Part shown: positions 42,350 to 53,600 of the stretch, one piece after another
Layout of the letters: each line of letters opens with the position of its first letter
How positions within the stretch are numbered: position 1 is the stretch's first letter
Source: Eledone cirrhosa
Taxonomy: Eukaryota
DNA: 64,000 bases
Assembly (NCBI GenBank): GCA_964016885.1
Contig: CAXHJY010000279.1
Location: forward strand, 124,001 to 188,000
Direction of reading: 5' to 3'
Program-made: the position numbers and the translations under genes
Notes under the pieces: generated by a model
The model's database searches: none
What the model saw: only the letters and a program-made list of their open reading frames with translations
What the model was told of the DNA's origin: nothing

Positions 42350-45300
42350 TTGTGTGAATGAAGGAGTGGTTGTGTGAATGAAGGAGTGGTTGTGTGAATG
42401 AAAGAGTGGTTGTGTGAATGAAAGAGTGGTTGTGTGAATGAAAGAGTGGTTGTGTGAATGAAAGAGTGGTTGTGTGAATGAAGGAGTGGTTGTGTGAATG
42501 AAGGAAAGGTTGTGTGAATGAAAGAGTGTTTGTGTGAATGAAAGAGTCTTGTGTGAATGGAGGAGTGGTTGTGTGAACGAAGGAGTGGTTGTGTGAACGA
42601 AAGAATGGTTGTGTGAATGAAGGAGTGGTTGTGTGAATGAAAGTGTGGTTGTGTGAATGAAGGAGTGGTTGTGTGAATGAAGGAATGGTTGTGTGAATGA
42701 AAGAGTGGTTGTGTGAATGAAAGAGTGGTTGTGTGAATGAAGGAATAGTTGTGTGAATGATGGAATGGTAGTGTGAATGAAGGAGTGGTTGTGTGAATGA
42801 AGGAGAGGTTGTGTGAATGAAGGAATGGTTGTGTGAATGAAGGAGTGGTTGTGTGAATGAAGGAGTGGTTGTGTGAATGAGGGAGTGGTTGTGAGAACGA
42901 AGAAATGGTTGTGTGAACGAAGGAATGGTTGTGAGAACGAAGGAATGGTTGTGAGAACGAAGGAGTGGTTGTGTGAATGAAGGAGTGGTTGTGTGAATGA
43001 AGGAATGGTTGTGTGAATGAAGGGGTGGTTGTGTGAATGAAAGAGTGGTTGTCTGAATGAAGGAATGGTTGTGAGAACGAAGGGGTGGTTGTGAGAACGG
43101 AGTGGTTGTGTGAATGAAGGAATGGTTGTGTGAACGAAGGAGTGGTTGTGTGAATGAAGGAATGCTTGTGTGAATGAAAGAGTGGTTGTGTGAATGAAAG
43201 AGTGGTTGTATGAATGAAGGAGTGGTTGTGTGAATGAAGGAGTGGTTGTGTGAATGAATGAGTCGTTGTGTGAACGAAGGAGTGGTTGTGTGAATGAAGG
43301 AATGGTTGTGTGAATGAAGGAGTGGTTGTGTGAATGAAGGAGTGGTTGTGTGAATGAAGGAATGGTTGTGTGAATGAAGGAGTGGTTGTGTGAATGAAAG
43401 AGTGGTTGTGTGAATGAAAGAGTGGTTGTGTGAATGAAGGAGTGGTTGTGTGAATGACGGAGTGGTTGTGTGAATGAAGGAATGGTTGTGTGAATGAAAG
43501 AGTGTTTGTGTGAATGAAAGAGTCTTGTGTGAATGGAGGAGTGGTTGTGTGAACGAAGGAGTGGTTGTGTGAACGAAAGAATGGTTGTGTGAATGAAGGA
43601 GTGGTTGTGTGAATGAAGGAATGGTTGTGTGAATGAAGGACTGGTTGTGTGAATGAAAGAGTGGTTGTGTGAATGAAAGAGTGGTTGTGTGAATGAAGGA
43701 ATAGTTGTGTGAATGAAGGAATGGTTGTGTGAATGAAAGAGTGGTTGTGTGAATGAAGGAGTGGTTGTGTGAATGAAGGAGTGGTTGTGTGAATGAAGGA
43801 ATGGTTGTGTGATTGAAGGAATGCTAGTGTGAATGAAGGAGTGGTTGTGTGAATGAAGGAGTGGTTGTGTGAATGAAGGAGTGGTTGTGTGAATGAAGGA
43901 GTGGTTGTGAGAACAAAGAAGTGGTTGTGTGAACGAAGGAATGGTTGTGAGAACAAAGGAATGGTTGTGAGAACGAAGGAGTGGTTGTGTGAATGAAGGA
44001 GTGGTTGTGTGAATGAAGGAGTGGTTGTATGAATGAAGGAGTGGTTGTGTGAATGAAGGAATGGTTGTGTAAATGGTGTGGTTGTGTAAATGAAAGAGTG
44101 GTTGTGTGAATGAAGGGGTGGTTGTGTGAATGAAAGAATGGTTGTGTGAATGAAAGAGTGGTTGTCTGAATGAAGGAATGGTTGTGAGAACGAAGGGGTG
44201 GTTGTGAGAACGAAGGAGTGGTTGTGTGAATGAAGGAATGGTTGTGTGAACGAAGGAGTGGTTGTGTGAATGAAGGAATGCTTGTGTGAATGAAAGAGTG
44301 GTTGTGTGAATGAAAGAGTGGTTGTATGAATGAAGGAGTGGTTGTGTGAATGAAGGAGTGGTTGTGTGAATGAAGGAGTCGTTGTGTGAACGAAGGAGTG
44401 GTTGTGTGAATGAAGGAATGGTTGTGTGAATGAAGGAGTGGTTGTGTGAACGAAGGAGTGGTTGTGTGAATGAAGGAGTGGTTGTGTGAATGAAGGAGTG
44501 GTTGTGTGAATGAAGGAGTGGTTGTGTGAATGAAGAAATGGTTGTGTGAACGAAGGAGTGGTTGTGTGAAAGAAGGAGTGGTTGTGTGAATAAAGGAATG
44601 GTTGTGTGAATGAACGAGTGGTTGAGAACGAAGGAGTGGTTGTGTGAATGAAGGAATGGTTGTGTGAATGAAAGAGTGGTTGTGTGAATGAAGGAATGGT
44701 TGTGTGAATGAAGGAGTGGTTGTGTGAATGAAGGAATGGTTGTGTGAACGAAGGAATGGTTGTGTGAACGAAGGAGTGGTTGTGTGAACGAAGGAGTGGT
44801 TGTGTGAATGAAGGAGTGGTTGTGTGAATGAAGGAGTGGTTGTGTGAATGAAGGAGTGGTTGTGTGAATGAAGGCGTGGTTGTGTGAATGAAGGAATGGT
44901 TGTGTGAATGAAGGAGTGGTTGTGTGAATGAAGGAGTGGTTGTGTGAATGAATGAATGGTTGTGTGAATGAAGAAATGGTTGTGTGAAAGAAAGAATGGT
45001 TATGTGAATGAAGGAGTGGTTGTGTGAATGAAGGAGTGGTTGTGTGAATGAAGGAGTGGTTATGTGAATGAAGGAGTGGTTGTGTGAATGAATGAGTTTT
45101 TGTGTGAATGAAGGAGTGGTTGTGTGAATGAAGGAGTGGTGTGAATGAAGGAATGGTTGTGTGAATGAAAGAGTAGTTGTGTGAATGAAGGAGTGGTTGT
45201 GTGAATGAAGGAGTGGTTGTGTGAATGAAGGAATGGTTGTGTGAATGAAGGAGTGGTTGTGTGAATGAAGGAGTGGTTGTGTGAATGAAAGAGTGGTTGT

Positions 45301-48300
45301 GTGAATGAAGGATTGGTTATGTGAATGAAGGAGTGGTGTGAATGAAGGAATGGTTGTGTGAATGAAGGAGTGGTTTTGTGAATGAAGGAGTGGTTGTGTG
45401 AATGAAGCAATGGTTGTGTCAATGAAGGAGTGGTTGTGTGAATGAAGGAATGGTTGTGTGAATGAAAGAGTGGTTGTGTGAATGAAAGAGTGGTTGTGTG
45501 AATGAAGGAATAGTTGTGTGAATGAAGGAATGGTTGTGTGAATGAAAGAGTGGTTGTGTGAATGAAGGATTGGTTGTGTGAATGAAGGAGTGGTTGTGTG
45601 AATGAAGGAGTGGTTGTGTGAATGAAGGAATGGTTGTGTGATTGAAGGAATGCTAGTGTGAATGAAGGAGTGGTTGTGTGAATGAAGGAGTGGTTGTGTG
45701 AATGAAGGAGTGGTTGTGTGAATGAAGGAGTGGTTGTGAGAACGAAGAAGTGGTTGTGTCAACGAAGGAATGGTTGTGAGAACAAAGGAATGGTTGTGAG
45801 AACGAAGGAGTGGTTGTGTGAATTAAGGAGTGGTTGTGTGAATGAAGGAGTGGTTGTATGAATGAAGGAGTGGTTGTGTGAATGAAGGAATGGTTGTGTG
45901 AATGGTGTGGTTGTGTAAATGAAAGAGTGGTTGTGTGAATGAAGGGGTGGTTGTGTGAATGAAAGAATGGTTGTGTGAATGAAAGAGTGGTTGTCTGAAT
46001 GAAGGAATGGTTGTGAGAACGAAGGGGTGGTTGTGAGAACGAAGGAGTGGTTGTGTGAATGAAGGAATGGTTGTGTGAACGAAGGAGTGGTTGTGTGAAT
46101 GAAGGAATGCTTGTGTGAATGAAAGAGTGGTTGTGTGAATGAAAGAGTGGTTTTATGAATGAAGGAGTGGTTGTGTGAATGAAGGAGTGGTTGTGTGAAT
46201 GAAGGAGTCGTTGTGTGAACGAAGGAGTGGTTGTGTGAATGAAGGAATGGTTGTGTGAATGAAGGAGTGGTTGTGTGAATGAAGGAGTGGTTGTGTGAAT
46301 GAAGGAGTGGTTGTGTGAATGAAGGAGTGGTTGTGTGAATGAAGAAATGGTTGTGTGAACGAAGGAGTGGTTTTGTGAAAGAAGGAGAGGTTGTGTGAAT
46401 AAAGGAATGGTTATGTGAATGAAGGAGTGGTTGAGAACGAAGGAGTGGTTGTGTGAATGAAGGAGTGGTTGTGTGAATGAAAGAGTGGTTGTGTGAATGA
46501 AAGAGTGGTTGTGTGAATGAAAGAGTGGTTGTGTGAATGAAAGAGTGGTTGTGTGAATGAAAGAGTGGTTGTGTGAATGAAGGAGTGGTTGTGTGAATGA
46601 AGGAAAGGTTGTGTGAATGAAAGAGTGTTTGTGTGAATGAAAGAGTCTTGTGTGAATGGAGGAGTGGTTGTGTGAACGAAGGAGTGGTTGTGTGAACGAA
46701 AGAATGGTTGTGTGAATGAAGGAGTGGTTGTGTGAATGAAAGTGTGGTTGTGTGAATGAAGGAGTGGTTGTGTGAATGAAGGAATGGTTGTGTGAATGAA
46801 AGAGTGGTTGTGTGAATGAAAGAGTGGTTGTGTGAATGAAGGAATAGTTGTGTGAATGATGGAATGGTAGTGTGAATGAAGGAGTGGTTGTGTGAATGAA
46901 GGAGAGGTTGTGTGAATGAAGGAATGGTTGTGTGAATGAAGGAGTGGTTGTGTGAATGAAGGAGTGGTTGTGTGAATGAGGGAGTGGTTGTGAGAACGAA
47001 GAAATGGTTGTGTGAACGAAGGAATGGTTGTGAGAACGAAGGAATGGTTGTGAGAACGAAGGAGTGGTTGTGTGAATGAAGGAGTGGTTGTGTGAATGAA
47101 GGAATGGTTGTGTGAATGAAGGGGTGGTTGTGTGAATGAAAGAGTGGTTGTCTGAATGAAGGAATGGTTGTGAGAACGAAGGGGTGGTTGTGAGAACGGA
47201 GTGGTTGTGTGAATGAAGGAATGGTTGTGTGAACGAAGGAGTGGTTGTGTGAATGAAGGAATGCTTGTGTGAATGAAAGAGTGGTTGTGTGAATGAAAGA
47301 GTGGTTGTATGAATGAAGGAGTGGTTGTGTGAATGAAGGAGTGGTTGTGTGAATGAATGAGTCGTTGTGTGAACGAAGGAGTGGTTGTGTGAATGAAGGA
47401 ATGGTTGTGTGAATGAAGGAGTGGTTGTGTGAATGAAGGAGTGGTTGTGTGAATGAAGGAATGGTTGTGTGAATGAAGGAGTGGTTGTGTGAATGAAAGA
47501 GTGGTTGTGTGAATGAAAGAGTGGTTGTGTGAATGAAGGAGTGGTTGTGTGAATGACGGAGTGGTTGTGTGAATGAAGGAATGGTTGTGTGAATGAAAGA
47601 GTGTTTGTGTGAATGAAAGAGTCTTGTGTGAATGGAGGAGTGGTTGTGTGAACGAAGGAGTGGTTGTGTGAACGAAAGAATGGTTGTGTGAATGAAGGAG
47701 TGGTTGTGTGAATGAAGGAATGGTTGTGTGAATGAAGGACTGGTTGTGTGAATGAAAGAGTGGTTGTGTGAATGAAAGAGTGGTTGTGTGAATGAAGGAA
47801 TAGTTGTGTGAATGAAGGAATGGTTGTGTGAATGAAAGAGTGGTTGTGTGAATGAAGGAGTGGTTGTGTGAATGAAGGAGTGGTTGTGTGAATGAAGGAA
47901 TGGTTGTGTGATTGAAGGAATGCTAGTGTGAATGAAGGAGTGGTTGTGTGAATGAAGGAGTGGTTGTGTGAATGAAGGAGTGGTTGTGTGAATGAAGGAG
48001 TGGTTGTGAGAACAAAGAAGTGGTTGTGTGAACGAAGGAATGGTTGTGAGAACAAAGGAATGGTTGTGAGAACGAAGGAGTGGTTGTGTGAATGAAGGAG
48101 TGGTTGTGTGAATGAAGGAGTGGTTGTATGAATGAAGGAGTGGTTGTGTGAATGAAGGAATGGTTGTGTAAATGGTGTGGTTGTGTAAATGAAAGAGTGG
48201 TTGTGTGAATGAAGGGGTGGTTGTGTGAATGAAAGAATGGTTGTGTGAATGAAAGAGTGGTTGTCTGAATGAAGGAATGGTTGTGAGAACGAAGGGGTGG

Positions 48301-50600
48301 TTGTGAGAACGAAGGAGTGGTTGTGTGAATGAAGGAATGGTTGTGTGAACGAAGGAGTGGTTGTGTGAATGAAGGAATGCTTGTGTGAATGAAAGAGTGG
48401 TTGTGTGAATGAAAGAGTGGTTGTATGAATGAAGGAGTGGTTGTGTGAATGAAGGAGTGGTTGTGTGAATGAAGGAGTCGTTGTGTGAACGAAGGAGTGG
48501 TTGTGTGAATGAAGGAATGGTTGTGTGAATGAAGGAGTGGTTGTGTGAACGAAGGAGTGGTTGTGTGAATGAAGGAGTGGTTGTGTGAATGAAGGAGTGG
48601 TTGTGTGAATGAAGGAGTGGTTGTGTGAATGAAGAAATGGTTGTGTGAACGAAGGAGTGGTTGTGTGAAAGAAGGAGTGGTTGTGTGAATAAAGGAATGG
48701 TTGTGTGAATGAACGAGTGGTTGAGAACGAAGGAGTGGTTGTGTGAATGAAGGAATGGTTGTGTGAATGAAAGAGTGGTTGTGTGAATGAAGGAATGGTT
48801 GTGTGAATGAAGGAGTGGTTGTGTGAATGAAGGAATGGTTGTGTGAACGAAGGAATGGTTGTGTGAACGAAGGAGTGGTTGTGTGAACGAAGGAGTGGTT
48901 GTGTGAATGAAGGAGTGGTTGTGTGAATGAAGGAGTGGTTGTGTGAATGAAGGAGTGGTTGTGTGAATGAAGGCGTGGTTGTGTGAATGAAGGAATGGTT
49001 GTGTGAATGAAGGAGTGGTTGTGTGAATGAAGGAGTGGTTGTGTGAATGAATGAATGGTTGTGTGAATGAAGAAATGGTTGTGTGAAAGAAAGAATGGTT
49101 ATGTGAATGAAGGAGTGGTTGTGTGAATGAAGGAGTGGTTGTGTGAATGAAGGAGTGGTTATGTGAATGAAGGAGTGGTTGTGTGAATGAATGAGTTTTT
49201 GTGTGAATGAAGGAGTGGTTGTGTGAATGAAGGAGTGGTGTGAATGAAGGAATGGTTGTGTGAATGAAAGAGTAGTTGTGTGAATGAAGGAGTGGTTGTG
49301 TGAATGAAGGAGTGGTTGTGTGAATGAAGGAATGGTTGTGTGAATGAAGGAGTGGTTGTGTGAATGAAGGAGTGGTTGTGTGAATGAAAGAGTGGTTGTG
49401 TGAATGAAGGATTGGTTATGTGAATGAAGGAGTGGTGTGAATGAAGGAATGGTTGTGTGAATGAAGGAGTGGTTTTGTGAATGAAGGAGTGGTTGTGTGA
49501 ATGAAGCAATGGTTGTGTCAATGAAGGAGTGGTTGTGTGAATGAAGGAATGGTTGTGTGAATGAAAGAGTGGTTGTGTGAATGAAAGAGTGGTTGTGTGA
49601 ATGAAGGAATAGTTGTGTGAATGAAGGAATGGTTGTGTGAATGAAAGAGTGGTTGTGTGAATGAAGGATTGGTTGTGTGAATGAAGGAGTGGTTGTGTGA
49701 ATGAAGGAGTGGTTGTGTGAATGAAGGAATGGTTGTGTGATTGAAGGAATGCTAGTGTGAATGAAGGAGTGGTTGTGTGAATGAAGGAGTGGTTGTGTGA
49801 ATGAAGGAGTGGTTGTGTGAATGAAGGAGTGGTTGTGTGAATGAAGGAGTGGTTGTGTGAATGAAGGAGTGGTTGTGAGAACGAAGAAGTGGTTGTGTCA
49901 ACGAAGGAATGGTTGTGAGAACAAAGGAATGGTTGTGAGAACGAAGGAGTGGTTGTGTGAATTAAGGAGTGGTTGTGTGAATGAAGTAGTGGTTGTATGA
50001 ATGAAGGAGTGGTTGTGTGAATGAAGGAATGGTTGTGTGAATGGTGTGGTTGTGTAAATGAAAGAGTGGTTGTGTGAATGAAGGGGTGGTTGTGTGAATG
50101 AAAGAATGGTTGTGTGAATGAAAGAGTGGTTGTCTGAATGAAGGAATGGTTGTGAGAACGAAGGGGTGGTTGTGAGAACGAAGGAGTGGTTGTGTGAATG
50201 AAGGAATGGTTGTGTGAACGAAGGAGTGGTTGTGTGAATGAAGGAATGCTTGTGTGAATGAAAGAGTGGTTGTGTGAATGAAAGAGTGGTTTTATGAATG
50301 AAGGAGTGGTTGTGTGAATGAAGGAGTGGTTGTGTGAATGAAGGAGTCGTTGTGTGAACGAAGGAGTGGTTGTGTGAATGAAGGAATGGTTGTGTGAATG
50401 AAGGAGTGGTTGTGTGAATGAAGGAGTGGTTGTGTGAATGAAGGAGTGGTTGTGTGAATGAAGGAGTGGTTGTGTGAATGAAGAAATGGTTGTGTGAACG
50501 AAGGAGTGGTTTTGTGAAAGAAGGAGAGGTTGTGTGAATAAAGGAATGGTTATGTGAATGAAGGAGTGGTTGAGAACGAAGGAGTGGTTGTGTGAATGAA
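42350..50600. repeat. Near-identical higher-order tandem duplication, period 4099-4139 bp
   Basis: AAGGAAAGG (42501 and 46600) and AATGAGTTTTT (45091 and 49190) are +4099; TTGAGAACG (46431 and 50570) is +4139 after two extra monomers. Confidence 0.9.
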
Positions 50601-53600
50601 GGAATGGTTGTGTGAATGAAAGAGTGGTTGTGTGAATGAAGGAATGGTTGTGTGAATGAAGGAGTGGTTGTGTGAATGAAGGAATGGTTGTGTGAACGAA
50701 GGAATGGTTGTGTGAACGAAGGAGTGGTTGTGTGAATGAAGGAGTGGTTGTGTGAATGAAGGAGTGGTTGTGTGAATGAAGGAGTGGTTGTGTGAATGAA
50801 GGCGTGGTTGTGTGAATGAAGGAATGGTTGTGTGAATGAAGGAATGGTTGTGTGAATGAAGGAGTGGTTGTGTGAATGAAGGAATGGTTGTGTGAATGAA
50901 GAAATGGTTGTGTGAAAGAAAGAATGGTTATGTGAATGAAGGAGTGGTTGTGTGAATGAAGGAGTGGTTGTGTGAATGAAGGAGTGGTTATGTGAATGAA
51001 GGATTGGTTGTGTGAATGAAGGAGTTTTTGTGTGAATGAAGGAGTGGTTGTGTGAATGAAGGAGTGGTGTGAATGAAGGAATGGTTGTGTGAATGAAAGA
51101 GTGGTTGTGTGAATGAAGGATTGGTTATGTGAATGAAGGAATGGTTGTGTGAATGAAGGAATGGTTGTGTGAATGAAGGAGTGGTTGTGTGAATGAAAGA
51201 GTGGTTGTGTGAATGAAGGATTGGTTATGTGAATGAAGGAGTGGTGTGAATGAAGGAATGGTTGTATGAATGAAGGAGTGGTTTTGTGAATGAAGGAGTG
51301 GTTGTGTGAATGAAGCAATGGTTGTGTCAATGAAGGAGTGGTTGTGTGAATGAAGGAATGGTTGTGTGAACGAAGGAATGGTTGTGTGAACGAAGGAGTG
51401 GTTGTGTGAATGAAGGAGTGGTTGTGTGAATGAAGGAGTGGTTGTGTGAATGAAGGCGTGGTTGTGTGAATGAAGGAATGGTTGTGTGAATGAAGGAATG
51501 GTTGTGTGAATGAAGGAGTGGTTGTGTGAATGAATGAATGGTTGTGTGAATGAAGAAATGGTTGTGTGAAAGAAAGAATGGTTATGTGAATGAAGGAGTG
51601 GTTGTGTGAATGAAGGTGTGGTTGTGTGAATGAAGGAGTGGTTGTGTGAATGAAGGAGTGGTTGTGTGAATGAAAGAGTGGTTGTGTGAATGAAGGATTG
51701 GTTATGTGAATGAAGGAATGGTTGTGTGAATGAAGGAGTGGTTTTGTGAATGAAGGAGTGGTTGTGTGAATGAAGCAATGGTTGTGTCAATGAAGGAGTG
51801 GTTGTGTGAATGAAGGAATGGTTGTGTGAACGAAGGAATGGTTGTGTGAACGAAGGAGTGGTTGTGTGAATGAAGGAGTGGTTGTGTGAATGAAGGAGTG
51901 GTTGTGTGAATGAAGGAGTGGTTGTGTGAATGAAGGAGTGGTTGTGTGAATGAAGAAATGGTTGTGTGAACGAAGGAGTGGTTGTGTGAAAGAAGGAGAG
52001 GTTGTGTGAATAAAGGAATGGTTGTGTGAATGAAGGAGTGGTTGAGAACGAAGGAGTGGTTGTGTGAATGAAGGAATGGTTGTGTGAATGAAAGAGTGGT
52101 TGTGTGAATGAAGGAATGGTTGTGTGAATGAAGGAGTGGTTGTGTGAATGAAGGAATGGTTGTGTGAACGAAGGAATGGTTGTGTGAACGAAGGAGTGGT
52201 TGTGTGAATGAAGGAGTGGTTGTGTGAATGAAGGAGTGGTTGTGTGAATGAAGGAGTGGTTGTGTGAATGAAGGCGTGGTTGTGTGAATGAAGGAATGGT
52301 TGTGTGAATGAAGGAATGGTTGTGTGAATGAAGGAGTGGTTGTGTGAATGAATGAATGGTTGTGTGAATGAAGAAATGGTTGTGTGAAAGAAAGAATGGT
52401 TATGTGAATGAAGGATTGGTTGTGAGAAGGAAGGAGTGGTTGTGTGAATGAAGGAGTGGTTATGTGAATGAAGGAGTGGTTGTGTGAATGAAGGAGTTTT
52501 TGTGTGAATGAAGGAGTGGTTGTGTGAATGAAGGAGTGGTGTGAATGAAGGAGTGGTGTGAATGAAGGAATGGTTGTGTGAATGAAAGAGTGGTTGTGTG
52601 AATGAAGGATTGGTTATGTGAATGAAGGAATGGTTGTGTGAATGAAGGAATGGTTGTGTGAATGAAGGAGTGGTTGTGTGAATGAAAGAGTGGTTGTGTG
52701 AATGAAGGATTGGTTATGTGAATGAAGGAGTGGTGTGAATGAAGGAATGGTTGTGTGAATGAAGGAGTGGTTTTGTGAATGAAGGAGTGGTTGTGTGAAT
52801 GAAGCAATGGTTGTGTCAATGAAGGAGTGGTTGTGTGAATGAAGGAATGGTTGTGTGAACGAAGGAATGGTTGTGTGAACGAAGGAGTGGTTGTGTGAAT
52901 GAAGGAGTGGTTGTGTGAATGAAGGAGTGGTTGTGTGAATGAAGGCGTGGTTGTGTGAATGAAGGAATGGTTGTGTGAATGAAGGAATGGTTGTGTGAAT
53001 GAAGGAGTGGTTGTGTGAATGAATGAATGGTTGTGTGAATGAAGAAATGGTTGTGTGAAAGAAAGAATGGTTGTGTGAATGAAGGAGTGGTTGTGTGAAT
53101 GAAGGAGTGGTTGTGTGAATGAAGGAGTGGTTGTGTGAATGAAGGAGTGGTTGTGTGAATGAAAGAGTGGTTGTGTGAATGAAGGATTGGTTATGTGAAT
53201 GAAGGAGTGGTGTGAATGAAGGAATGGTTGTGTGAATGAAGGAGTGGTTTTGTGAATGAAGGAGTGGTTGTGTGAATGAAGCAATGGTTGTGTCAATGAA
53301 GGAGTGGTTGTGTGAATGAAGGAATGGTTGTGTGAACGAAGGAATGGTTGTGTGAACGAAGGAGTGGTTGTGTGAATGAAGGAGTGGTTGTGTGAATGAA
53401 GGAGTGGTTGTGTGAATGAAGGCGTGGTTGTGTGAATGAAGGAATGGTTGTGTGAATGAAGGAATGGTTGTGTGAATGAAGGAGTGGTTGTGTGAATGAA
53501 TGAATGGTTGTGTGAATGAAGAAATGGTTGTGTGAAAGAAAGAATGGTTATGTGAATGAAGGAGTGGTTGTGTGAATGAAGGAGTGGTTGTGTGAATGAA